A stretch of DNA of 64,000 bases. Origin: the human T2T-CHM13v2.0 reference genome, Homo sapiens. The translations under genes and the position numbers were made by a program. This document shows positions 27,686 through 40,316 of this stretch, piece after piece. The stretch's first letter is position 1. Every line of letters begins with the position of its first letter. The DNA is taken from the NCBI RefSeq assembly GCF_009914755.1, contig NC_060928.1. One strand, 5' to 3'. The notes below the pieces were generated by a model. It did no database searches. It saw only the letters and a program-made list of their open reading frames with translations, and was not told the DNA's origin.

Positions 27686-28397
27686 AGAACTAAATATACT
27701 TCTGTGTCTTCTGAATGATGGTTTAGCTTACAGTCCTCCAAACATAGGTATTAACAGAATAAGAGTTGAGCGGCAAAGCTGACCCAGCTGGCCCATTACA
27801 AAGCTGTGGGGAGTTTTCTTTTTCTTTTTTTTTTTTTTTTTAGCTACTTAATTTTGTCAAAATCTGGGGTTGTAAATGTTCCATTCTCAAATGTGTGAAT
27901 ATGCTGCATTAAGTCTCAAAACAAAAGCCCACAAAGTGGAGTTTCTAGGTGGGATGGGGCCTCCGCCTTCAGGCACAGCATGATAGCAAGCCAGGCTGAT
28001 GCCCAGTGAAGCCAGGCTGATGCCCTGGCATGCGTGTGACTCTGGGAAGTGCCCAGTGATCTCTCCCCAGGTCACACCCACCCCAGGTGAAGCAGGCCCC
28101 AGGCTAATACTGCTCACTGTGCATCACCTGACTTTCCCCTTGTCAACTAGGAGCAGGGACAAGAGAGGCAAGGGTCTGTGGAATATGCAAGATTTACAGC
28201 AAATGATGTCTGGCAGCTTTTTTTTTTTTTTTTAAAGTCTGAACACCAACATGTTCCACACAGTGGTCTCCAGTGTAGTGTGGAAAAACATAACCCTTGA
28301 TAAAATGGGGCTTTATTGTCAATCAGCTTCAGGAAAAGCTGAATTATAGAGTTAAATCAGTGACCTTACTGAAGACTTCTCAAAAGTTTTTAATAGC

Positions 28398-28548
28398 GGC
28401 CAGGCACAGTGGCTCACGCCTGTAATTCCAGCACTTTGGAAGGCCAAGGTGAGAGGATCAGTTGAGGCCAGGAATTAAAGACTAGCCTGGACAACAAAAC
28501 GAGACCCTGTCTGTACCAAAACAAAACAAAACAAAACAAACAAAAAAT
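28398..28548 (+). mobile_element. FLAM monomer with (AAAAC)n tail
   Basis: TSD ttaatagc on both sides. Confidence 0.9.
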
Positions 28549-29599
28549 TTATTAATAGCTAATATGAGTTGTATGAAGCCTTATCCCAACTTAATTGAAC
28601 TTGGGAGCCTGCTGTAAATTCTAACATATCCCATCCCACAGAACACATTTCCTCATTTGGGGATCCCTGGTCTAGTGGAAAGATGATGGAAGTTGAAGTT
28701 GGGAGGGATGGTTTCCAGGTCCTAGGTAATAGCTTCATACCCACAGTGTCTGGGCAGATAAACATTGCAATAATGGAAGCATAAACAAAGTCTAAAGTGC
28801 CTTCTAATTTGGCATAGTCATGAATGTTCCCAGCAATCCCCTTAGAGTATCTTCCTGCCTACAAATTAAGCATAGACTGGCCCTGAGTAAAGCCTCCGGG
28901 CACTAATGTTTTCCTTATCTACAGCAGCTCCAGGAGGCCACAGCACTCAATACTGTTTGTGTTTTCTTTTTGCTAGCAAATTCTGTGAAACCCACAGCTC
29001 CTGCCTGGCCATGTCCAATCCTGGCTGCTCCTCAAGTGCATGTGTCAGGAGTCTCGGCTGGGCCAGGCACGGGGGGGCTAGGCCACAACCAAAGGCCTAC
29101 CAGGTTCCAGTAGGTGAGGCCAATGAATAGAGGGCCATTCTCCTTTCCTGCCTTCCTTTTCCACCTTCCCAGGCCAGCAGGCTCCATCTTTTAAATTTTC
29201 TTCATATTCCCTTGCGAATCCCAAGGAATTGCTATTTAAAATCTTTTAGAAATATACTAGCAAATATAAAGAAGAAATCTGTCTGCCCCAGCCCATCTGG
29301 CAGACCCCATGGTATAACTCTGCCTAGTATAAACTTGCCTGAGATAGTCCATAAGCATAGTGCTCAGTTCTTGCCAGACTACACCTCAAGCTCATTTCAC
29401 AGCCATTCTTCTTCAGAATTGCTAAAATCTCTTAATTCCCTTAGAACAGCAGAGCTAAGAGAAGGTTGGTGCCTGCCACTTGACTTACCTGAGAAAAATA
29501 AGGAAGCTATTATTATCCTTGGTCTTTGGACATAATTGTGATTTAACAATAAATATGATGTTTTGAAATCCATAGCACCACCTCTGCAACTCAGGGATA

Positions 29600-29657
29600 G
29601 GCAACAAAGTCAGGGAATACAGATGACACAGACACAAGCATCTGGTTCCATTTTATT
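29600..29657 (-). terminator. Probable distal RNF150 polyadenylation signal
   Basis: AATAAA (plus strand tttatt, 29652-29657) followed on minus by GU-rich tgcttgtgtctgtgtcatctgt; marks the end of the repeat-poor block. Confidence 0.75.
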
Positions 29658-31369
29658 AAAAAACAAAACCAAAAGAAATTTTGCAGTGAAATTTCCTGGA
29701 ATTCACAACCCTCATTTAAAAATCCTTATAGTTGCAATATTTTTTTTTTAGCCAGTACGTAAGAACACGATTGCACTTATTTACATGATAGTCTTCTATA
29801 TAACAAAAATAACCATGTTGTAATGACTGTTTCCAACTATCACCCTTGTTTCATCACTAGCCCATTATGAGACAAGTTGATTACGCTCTCCAAGTACAAA
29901 GAGAATAGAATAAAGCAAAATAAAAGTCTGTGTCTCCTAATAGAAGACAAATTCCTTTAAAGACAGTTACTTTTTTTTTTTTTTCAATTTCTTTGTATTT
30001 CAAGAGGGATATAAAGTGCTTTGAAAGGAGTAGGGTAGGTGCCTGAGGTGGGGAAGAAGGAAAGAAATTTATACAGAAAAAATTTAAAAAACTACACTGC
30101 CTTAACTAATCATCTCAATATGCACACAACTTTGTACAGAAGATTAGTTTTGGGTAAAAACGCTACATAATTCACTAGTACTTATTTCGGCAATTAAGAA
30201 CTGAAGTCCAAATGAAAGACTCCCCATGCAAATGTCATCAGGAGTGACTTTTTTGTGATTTTGGGTCAGATGCTATATAAATCAAGGAAGCTCAGTCACA
30301 CAGTCTGAATATGGAGAGGATAGACAATGCCGAGATGGAACCATCATCTACTACCTGCAGACTAGCCAGAAAGACCTTGTGGGGAAGCTAAGTAGACTTT
30401 ACCCCAACATCAATCATTTTACAACAAAAGCATTTTGTTGCAAGCATTTGTTTACAATAAAAGTAATTTGTGTTAGGATGGAAAAAAAGCCATTGGAATT
30501 TCCTCTTGCTAGTAGGGAGGAAGATTGATTTATGATGTCATGTCTGATTATTTATAATTGTAAATTCATTATTTGCAGATTTTTTTCTAGTGGGAAATAA
30601 TATGCTGTACAAAGTGGTTAAAATAAGTTATTTCTTTTTCACATTTTTGCAACTGGCAATTGCTGGTTATGGTCTGCAGTCTACAAAACTGAGTATCACA
30701 TATGTACTGCTTGAGAGTTTCCCCTGGAAACCAGAATAATCATCCTCCCAGCTCATGAACATTTTAAAGAACAATACCCATTTTTTTTTCCAGAAAATGG
30801 ATGGAATGTAACTTTTCACAAATACAAAATTATTTCATTTTCTAAATGTAAGGGACACCCCTCTATAAAAATAACAGTCCCTCCCCACTCCCACCCCTAC
30901 ATCTCCTTCTAATTATAAAATGGTAGAACCATCTCAGATTACTAATGTGAAAGCAGGAAGTAAATATATTATGTACATGTACAAAACACATCAGTATTTC
31001 ACACCATTTACATTCATATGAAGTCTTTTTATTGATCTTCCTTTGCAATTTCACAAGAATAAAGTTGAGATAACTTACAAAAACAAGCAGTCCCTTGCTT
31101 ATAACTGCACAAACATTCTAGCCAGAGGCATCTTCTTTGCAAACAGAGCAACATTATCCTTCAACATTTTGCAGAAGTAAGGGCTGCTGACAGTGAGAAG
31201 ATCTGTGGGGTCTCCTTCAGCTTTTTAGAGTTTGTGACACTCTTTCCTCATTTGATAAATGTAGACCAAATTCTCAACTACCGAAGAAATTGTATGATGA
31301 AAGGCAAGTAACTGGTTGTTGAATTCATGACCCAAGTCAAATTAATCTGCTGCAAGAATAATTGCGATT

Positions 31370-31388
31370 ACTCCAGCAGAGGGCACTC
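31370..31388 (+). promoter_or_regulatory. CTCF core motif
   Basis: actCCAGCAGAGGGCACtc matches CC(A/G)(C/G)(C/T)AG(A/G)(G/T)GGC(A/G)C. Confidence 0.6.
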
Positions 31389-34300
31389 TGCTCCTTGCAA
31401 TAACATCCTACTGAACAGTAAGTACCATGGATGCCAACACAAATTCAGACCGAAAAGTCCATGTATGTGTTAGTTCTTCAACTGCTCTACTATACCCATT
31501 AGTACAGGCAACAGTTTTGTATCTTCTTCGAAAGAGCAGGATATACTATATTTAGCTAGCTCTTATACATGAAAATTCTTTGGCTATTTAAAATCTTCAC
31601 ATTCTCAAAGAGAACAATGTTCTGAGTTCAGTAAAGCGCTAGATTTGTTGGAAAGTTTTGAAGGAAAAGGGGACTAAACACTAGACTTTAAAGATGGTGT
31701 GGTACTAAGGCCACAATTCATTTTTTAGATTTCGGGATTTAGTAAGGTCAATCAACAGTCTGCAACAGAAAACCCCATAAGGTTTAATGGTTTCATTCAA
31801 CCATGCAACCCACCTTCGCTTTTATTTATGAGAACATTGGGAGAAAATTCAACTAGTCAATGGAAGAAACATGTGTTCATTTGGATGGTGATCAGTCTTT
31901 GGTTTATATAGCACACATGGTCCCCACATTTCCCTGCTTCTCCAAGCCTGTCACTTCACTAAGGATAACAGACCACAGATATTCTGCCAAGCAATGACTT
32001 TGGGTAATTGAGATTAAGCGACCTTCTCTAAGGATTTTTCTCCCTCACTGTGTTCAGACATTGCAGACCTCTTAATAGACGTGTATATTTTTGTCTTATC
32101 ATCAGCAAATATTTATCAGGTGGCCACAGAGCAAATGGCTCTGTATTAAGTGCAAACGTTAGTGGTAGCACAGAATTAGAAGATCTTTGATCACTGAAAT
32201 TCCTGAAAAAGCCACGTGATTATGAAGCACTCAAGGCAGGTGAAGAGAGATGTGACTGACCTTAGCAGGTTCTTGTAGAACAAGCAGGATTGCAATCAAA
32301 TTGCTCGATATTAAGGGGCCACGTCTAGCATCTGGACTTGCTTCATTAGTTCTGGGATGATAACTTGGTGTCAATAAAAGGTGTAGAGTGGAAGAGTGTG
32401 GCTATTGATCTGTGGGTCTTTAAAAATTAATGTTCCTATTACACAGGGTCTGGGGTTGAGTGAGGACAAAAGGAGGGAAAAGGAAGAGCTAAGGGATGAT
32501 GAGAAACTCATATTAGCTTCTTAGAATTAATTTATTTTTCAGGCAATCCAGACCTTCTTTGCAATCATGAGTATTTTAACTCATGAGTATTTAATTCCTT
32601 AAAAATACAAACTCCCCAAAACCCAGGTCAGCTCTAAACCTAGGGATGAGCATTTACTTGGGGACAGCACGCACATTTTGTTAAGCACAGAAGCTTTCCA
32701 GCCCTGCTTTGACCAGCTCCCTGATCAGAGATCCTGCCATCCTCTTTTCTTACTTCCTGCAGGGTGACACTCCCATCCCATTTTAACTGCCAACATCAAA
32801 CGTATTCATCCATGCAATGGCATGGATGAAGGATCTCGGTGGCCAAGAGCACTGCATGAAGAACCATGCATCCCCATCTTAAGAGGGTAGTCTCTTCGTG
32901 TCTCTTTGTCAGTCTTCAGGAATTAGTGGCCCTCAGATCACTTACGATGAGCAAGCACTTGTGCTAAGTAGTTAGGAAGAATGGGCATTCCATCAGGTAC
33001 AGTATACAAGTTTTTCCAAGAAATCCTAACCCTGGGGGCTCAGGCGAATGAGGAGGGTCAAATGCTGAGGGTGGGAGAAAGCAGATCTAGACAGCATTCT
33101 GGAATTGTTGCTTTGCCATTATTTGCCCAGAAAACATTTATGGCAAGGAAGCCTGAAAACATGGCAATGGTTGTAAGATGGGTTGCGATACAACTGGTGA
33201 TGTGAGAAGTGAAAATGAAACTGACTCCTTTAGGGAGGACATTGGTTTATAGTAAACAGGTTTGCCTCATCAGAAATGAATATGGATATTGCTACACAAT
33301 AAAAAGAGGAAAAACACCAACAACAGTAACAATGGTAATCACAATAATGATAATGACTCTGTAGGTATAGAACCTCCAGTTTTTTGTGTTCTGAAGGTTA
33401 TTTCAGAGTTTCTTGCAAGAGAGAAAACAAATCAGAAAAAAAGGGGAAGAGAGAAGATGGGAAAATAATTTATGTATGGGTATACAAAGTAAGATATAGG
33501 CAGTCAGAGAAAAACAGATACAGACAGAAAAGGAAAAGAAACTTAGAGAAGATATAAAAATGCTACTGGAAATTGCCTCTGTGGCCTTAGTACCAGAAAA
33601 GACTGGGCTCTCGCTCCACAGAGGGAGTGACTCCATAGCCCAGATTTTTTGAAAAGTTTTGATTTAAGGATTTTTTTTTAAGTCAGGGTGATACATTCAA
33701 TGGATAACTAAATGTCATTTAATTTTTTATGCTCTGCAAAAATATCCATCTAAATAAAACTCATAAATAAGAAAGAATCCTATGTTAGATCACTGGCATT
33801 GATTTGGTTTTGAGAGTATGGTAGCCTCAGGGATGTCAGGGCAGTAACTGAAATGGCCACTGGGCATGGTGAGTTTTGAAATGACCAAACCCAGATCTAT
33901 GAATTTCCAGGATATTTCACCAGGATGAAGGAAATGTTAAAAACAAGAAAACAAAACAAAACAAAACAAAATGAACATTTTTGGACAGAGCTTTGCCTCC
34001 ACGATTCTGATCATTACCATGTGATGTCAAAAATGGGTAGGTACCTTTGCCGCTTTTAATTTTCTGCCTTCTCCAGACTCTACCTCTCCCTGTGTAGATG
34101 ACCAGAGTTGACACTGCAGGGGATATCTAACCCTAGAGATTAAGTCAATGTTCAAAAGCTGTATTCATAGTCAGGGCTCAGCTCTTCCAAAGGGACTAGC
34201 CACATAGGAGGTAGCAGTTCCTAAAGGTGACCCTAAATTATTTTGAGTGAATGCAAATGCTCCTTTTCTTCCCCATAGCATTGGGGTGGCAGGTGGATGC

Positions 34301-34899
34301 TGACTTGGAGTAAAATGCTGGCTGTTGGAGGTGGTCATAATTCACCAAGTAGAGACCGGATGATCACAGGCCCCCAAAGATTCTTTTTCAAGAAGGCCAC
34401 ATAAAGTCTTGCATTTCTCATTCTTTCCTCCCAAGTTCGTGAGTTTTCACTACAGCTGTGGGACTGGGGGACACTGGGAAAGGACTTTCACCAACCATGA
34501 ACAAGAAGAAGGGGTTGAGGTAAAGTTGGGTGATTTCAGTCTGGAGTTCTCTTTGGCTCCTAAGTGCCACATATCAGTCCGAGGGTTTGCCATAGAAGTG
34601 AGGGGTATAATTTTGTTTCAGCACCAAATCAGCATGGTTTGTGTGAGTTTTAAGTAACAACTGGTCAGAGGAGTAACAACAAATGGTCATGGACATCAAT
34701 GATATGGTTAGAAAGTTCAAGCAGAAATTTTAAAAAGGGTGCCTGAATCTTTATTCACTACAAAATAAATGGACCTCTGGGCCTCTCATTAGGCGACTTG
34801 GGTGGTGTCCAGTTCTCCCTGGAGGTAATTAAGCTTTTAACCTTCTTTTCTTTTGTAAGGGTCGGGGGATCTTGTGAGAATACTGGAGGAACTCTAGAC

Positions 34900-35174
34900 C
34901 TGCATTGTCCAACTGGCAGCCACTAGCCACATGTGACTATCCAAATTGAGAGGTGCTGTGAGTGTAAAAGACACAATGGATTTAGAAGACTTAGTACACA
35001 AAAGCATGTAAAACATGTCATTAATTTACATTAGTGACATGTTGAAACAATATTAGGTTAAAGTACATGATTAAAATTATCTTTACCTGTTTCTTTTTAC
35101 ACTTTAAAATGTGGCTAGTAGAAAATTTAAAATTATGTCTGTGACTTGCATTACGTTTCTGTTGGACAGTGCTA
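34900..35174. mobile_element. MER33-like hAT MITE in the 3'UTR, nested in an older MER103-like element (about 34835-35285)
   Basis: TIRs ctgcattgtccaa/ttggacagtgcta; TSD ctctagac/gtctagac (NTCTAGAN target). Confidence 0.82.
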
Positions 35175-36169
35175 GTCTAGACTCTTGCTATAGAAAAATG
35201 CACATCTGCAAATACACATACAGTTTGCATTTGCTTCTAGAGGGTACACACACCCTCTGACACTCATCTGTAGACTACCAGGTCTCCAGGTCAGTCTCTT
35301 CTTTGGGGGAGGTAAAGAAGGCTATAAGGAAGGGCTGTTCCCCTTTCTTCTGAAAGAGAAACTTTCTGGTTAAGCTTTTTTTTTTTCTTTTTTTTTTTTT
35401 TTTTAAACTATCAAAGCTACAGGAAAATCCTCCAGAAACAAACTTTGGTAAGTAGTGAATGGCAAAGGCTCAGGGGGTTTGCAGCAGGACCTCCTTGGGG
35501 TCAGATCTGCCAGCCTCGGGTTGGCCTTTCAGACCCCTCATCGTCTATGAGGCATCCTGTAAGTGCAGCTGTGGCCAGGGCTTGCATATGCAATCAATTC
35601 CTGATTCACCTAGTTCTTGGCAGGAAGAGAAAATACTCGTTAATCAGAGGACTAAACAATCCAAAGCGCATTCTCTCTCTGGGAATGGAATATAATTTAT
35701 ATTTCTGTTGCTATTGAATTATCCTTCTAATTCCACTGGACTAAACTTAATACCAGTAATACTAAAATTTGTTTTGGGCAAAGCCGACTGAAGGAGGAGT
35801 CAGTGGCGCAAGCCTATGCTGACTGTGAAAAATAAACACCTCTGAGATCAAGAATCCCACAGTGAGAGCTAGGATTTGAAGGTATCCAGAGATTGCAAAC
35901 TCTGTGACTAACAGCAATTTTTAAACAAGGCAAAACAAACCAACTCCTACTTGGACTTAAAACTTCAATCATTTAGATTTTCATTCTCAGCACCATAGTT
36001 GTGCCAAGTCTCAAAGGCTGTTATTACATGATACATGTCAAGTAACTCTACCTCCCCAAGCTACGAAGCCTGATTGCCACAAGTCATAGCTATCTGCAAA
36101 AATGGATCCTGCCTCTGAAAGACTCATCTGTGGTCCCACAGCCAGAGGAGCTTGGGGACTCATGTTATT

Positions 36170-36260
36170 AAACCCTTCACATTATAGATGAAGAAGCCGA
36201 GGCTTAGTAAAGCGTGTGGTTCATCTAGGATTCTCGATTCAGAGCTCTCTTCATTCCTCC
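36170..36260 (-). mobile_element. MIR fragment in 3'UTR
   Basis: cattatagatgaagaagccgaggcttag. Confidence 0.6.
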
Positions 36261-38094
36261 CTGCCTCTTTTCCCACACATAGAGAGTGGATTTCATTACA
36301 GGAAGCATTGGACTCCTAGGGAGATGCAACCTTTCTGAGGGTAATAATCATCTGCCTTGCCTTACTGTCTACTTACAAACCATCAAATAGGAAATTGGTA
36401 AAGGTGGTGAAAAAAGAGCAGCTAGTATTCTCCGTTGACCTGCACACCATGTTTCAGCAGGCGGCAAGGATTTACAGCAGAACCAAACTCTTTTTGAATG
36501 AGTATTAGTCTAATGAGGTGGAAAAGTCCCCATCAATACATAAAAACAACTCAGTGAGAAAAGCTTTCTTTCCTGGTTAATCCAAGCCGCAGCCTGGTGT
36601 TTGCCAGCTGTGTAGAGATAAGGTGATCCGTCTGATTGTTCAGAGACGTTATCAATGACCTTAGTCATCTCTGTATCTGGATAGTCTGAATATATTACAA
36701 AATTGCCCACTGAAAAAATAGCACATTTCTGTCATAGTTACAAAAGATGAATAAAAACAGAAACAGTTTAAAAACACCATTGGGTTTCAGTATTTACTTG
36801 ATACCTCTTTTCCTTTCCCTCTTACTTTGTCTATTTCAGTCAGGATAAACGATCTAGCAAATTCTCATGCTGCATACTTTTTGGTTCAAATGATACAGCA
36901 AATCACACCTCATTCCTCACTTGGTATCTGGACACACTCAGGGAGCCCTGGGAAGCAATCTGCTAGGGATTCACCTAAATCCTCCCACATGGTCTGGTGA
37001 GATTCAACAGAAGTGTGTCGAAATTAAGGTAAAAGCTAGGTGCTACTGCAGCCCCCACTATGTTTGCCATTGGACTTAAAAATGATTGGCTTTTCTCTAA
37101 AGCCTCCATTTTTTACAGAACCCACTTACAGAGGTAAGAAAAAAACTGTTCTAGCCCAGGGGAAACCAATGCAACTGGCATTTTGTTTTCAATAGGAAGA
37201 AAATGTGGTATCTGGTTTTAAAACCAGCCCTACAACCACCAAAGACTGGATGCCTTGGAGGGGACTTCTGAGTTCAGAATTTCAGCCAAAGACTGTAAGA
37301 CCCAGAAGAATGAAACGGCTTCCCTAGAGCTCCCTTCTCATGTCACGTGGGCCCTTAATCAAGCCCGGCAAGTGGAAGCAAGTGTGATGTGGCTTAAAAT
37401 AACCAGCAGTGGCCTCAGCAGATTTAGGGCTTAGTGTTGGGGTCTCTGGCAGCTGGGGTTTTTAAAGGCCCACTTAGAAGAACTTAGATTCTTAATGAAA
37501 GCTGGCCTTAGTCCATTTCAGGGTGCTGAGGCACTTCTCAAAGCCATGCACACTTCATGCTGGGAGGTCAAGACCACATATCTCAGAGATGGAATACAAA
37601 CTGATCATAGCAGGAACTGGTGCTTCTAAACAGAAACCTATACAAAAGCTGGAGTGCATCAAAGGAAAAACAAAGGAATAGATGGAAAGTAAACTACAAA
37701 TAATCTTTAAAAAAATTGCCAAAGAAATCAAACAACATGCCAAAAACAAGAATGATGAGACATGGAAAGAATTGAAATGAAACTAAGAAATCCTAAAGGT
37801 GGCCTTTCAGTCTCTGTTTTAGGAGCTTCTGAAGTGTATGTCTACATGGACATAGGAGTGGAAATCAGCTTTCAACTTCCCAGCTGCCAAGGCCACAGAC
37901 TGCCATACCGATGGAGAAACTGCATCCTGATTGACAAGACTTTGGATATTGCTTTTCGTCAGCATTCTTGAACGGAGCGCCCTGGAGTTGCCAAGGTGAT
38001 CTGGAGGTGTGTGTGTGCCTGGTCCAAGTCTTGGAGCACTCTTCCCTTCCTTTCCCTTGGGTCCTACTATCTCTTTGCTTCTGGATTTGTCGTT

Positions 38095-38213
38095 TCAAGA
38101 TTTCACTTCTTCACAGTCCTGGTCAGTGGAAAGTTCTACATCAGACAGTCCAACCTCCATTGCCATGATCAAGGAAATGTCAGAATCACTGCTTACAGCT
38201 GGCTCCTGCTCAC
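38095..38213 (-). CDS. RNF150: RING finger protein 150, last coding exon (phase 1)
   Basis: After ctttgctttctcctcccAG the exon reads GT GAG CAG...AAA TCT TGA = (S)EQEPAVSSDSDISLIMAMEVGLSDVELSTDQDCEEVKS*, which I recognise as the RNF150 C-terminus. Confidence 0.95.
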
Positions 38214-38389
38214 CTGGGAGGAGAAAGCAAAGTTCACAGTGAACACCGAGCTATGTCTTTGCATGCTGCTTATTTCAGTACAATTGCTTGTAATAACATT
38301 TCTTTAAAGGCCAAGAGAAGGTATTAGAAAAATTGGGTATTCTGTAAAAACTCTAGTTAAAGCCTCATCTCACATGGGCCAAAAAGTTA

Positions 38390-39280
38390 AATGCAAACAA
38401 AAGAAACTAGAATAATAAAATATATCATCTAAGGATATGTCTTAGTAGGAAAATATATATCTACCGTAAGTTGGGCAAGAAATTCTATTTAGAAAAGTAA
38501 TTGGGTAATTTACAGAAGAAAAGATTGTTACATATGCGTAACATTTAAAATGTTACACACATGTAAAATAAAATCAAAAGGCATATCAAACTCAGGAATT
38601 TGCAAAAAATTTCACAAAGGTTTCTATTCTTAACATATAGAAAGCTTTTAAATCAATGAGAAAAACAGTTCAATAGAAAAATGGACAAAGGTTACCATTA
38701 CACAATTCACGGAAGAGTGTAATATAAATGACCAATAAATATAAGGTAAAAATAAGATATCCTTTTTTGTCTATGTAATCTTCACTCTTTAAAAAAGACA
38801 AGATAATATTACAGTTAAGGGTACACTGAGGTAGGTAGGTACATGATACATTGCATATAGAACTGTAAAATTTTCACTCAGTAATTTCATTTCCAGGATG
38901 TATTATAGAGAAATAACTGGAGATGCAAAACTATTCAATTAAGCATGATTTACAGTAGCAAAACATTGCAAGTAACTTAAAGTCCAACAATAGAGAACAT
39001 CTGAATAAACCTATTACTTCTAAAGGACAATGTTGTTATAACCATTAAAATGATGTTTTCAAAGAATTTGTAGTTACATGAGAAGACGTTCACAGTATAC
39101 TGTTAAGTGAAAACAGAAATATTTAAAGCTTTGTATGCAATGGGGTCAACAGAGAAAGTTAAATGGAAGCAAAGAAACCAAAAATGCTAACGAGAGTCAT
39201 CTCTAGTGTTGGGATTTATATTCATTTTCTGTTAACATTTTTTTTCAGTTCTCCCAAATACTCTTCAATGAACATACATC
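38390..39280 (+). mobile_element. Ancient L1ME 3' region
   Basis: aatcaatgagaaaaacagttcaatagaaaaatggacaaagg; tactgttaagtgaaaa. Confidence 0.7.
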
Positions 39281-39281
39281 A

Positions 39282-39720
39282 CTTACTCATTCAAGACATT
39301 ATCTACCGTGTCCCTACTGCACACTAAGGATTATGCTAGAGGCTATGGATATAGGGGAGATTAAGACAATCCCTATCCTGAAGGAGCTCATTGTCTGGTG
39401 GGCAGGTTGACCATTTACTAGGCAATTACAACACAGTGAGATAAGCACCAGGATGGAAGATGTACCAGGTATTACAGGAGCAGGTAAGAGGGCTATGTAA
39501 CCATATACTGGGTGCAATGTCTAAACTGAGTCCTAAAGGATAATCTGTATTATAGCCAGATGAATAAGAAGAAATAATCCTTTAAGCAACAGCATGTACA
39601 GGTGGCTGGAGGTGATAGGGAGCTGTGGGCAGGCAGATATCAGAGGGTTTTTAATTTGACTGGAATGCAGAGTCAAGCTGGGGAATATGGACAGAGGAGG
39701 CCAGAGAGCTGAGCTGCATA
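39282..39720 (-). mobile_element. L2
   Basis: actcattcaagacattatctaccgtgtccctact...aaggagctcattgtctggtggg. Confidence 0.75.
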
Positions 39721-40280
39721 AAGGCAGCTTTCAACCCAAAAGGTCTTGTACTTTCTCTTACTTTGCAGAAGAAATATGCAATTAAAAAAACCAACAAAAA
39801 TGTATAAGTACTAAAGAATAATAATGGTTATAATACTTTTGTTCTGATAATCGCTAATGTAATTTTTTCATGATGTGGCACAGTTAAGAAAAATACCTGA
39901 GTTTCATGAAGGACAGTGAATTCCTAAGATGTTTTCAAGGAGACAAATAAGAGAACAAACAAAGAATTATGGCCTGAAAAATCAGTTTTATAGAAATGGG
40001 GTATTTCACAGGGAAATATCCAACCTGAAGACTTAGCTCTTATCCGTTTCCTAGATCCACAATTGCAGGAAGTTCATAGCAATGTAACAGATCAATGGTT
40101 AAATGAAAACCCTGGAAGCAGCTCTATAAAGATACAAGTCTTTGGTATTTAAAAACAGTGGCATTCAACAAATAGTCAAGAAAACTAGTCATTTAGAAAA
40201 AAGTGAAACTGGATCTGTGCCTCACACTTCACTACAAAATACATTCTAAGCTTGCTATATATGATCTCCCATCTTCATTT

Positions 40281-40284
40281 TGTG

Positions 40285-40316
<32 letters not shown>
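40281..40316 (+). repeat. (TG)n microsatellite
   Basis: Direct reading. Confidence 0.95.

Larger units (their letters stand above)
29638..38094 (-). other. RNF150: RNF150 long 3'UTR (~8.45 kb)
   Basis: Follows the stop codon; Alu/L1-free, AT-rich, carries Pumilio and miRNA seed matches; ends at the PAS. The distal extent is inferred. Confidence 0.75.

Noticed and set aside
27988-28025. Two-copy 16-24 bp duplications here and at 32565-32592, 43245-43285, 46861-46898 and 56317-56363
   Set aside because: Ordinary slippage duplications; only two copies each, unrelated units, not CRISPR-like
34617-36006. REST-like TCAGCACC at about 34618 and 35987
   Set aside because: Left half-sites only; no GGACAG right half
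37762-38307. Several overlapping ORFs around the RNF150 stop codon
   Set aside because: Shadow frames of the real exon and proximal UTR; mostly non-ATG starts
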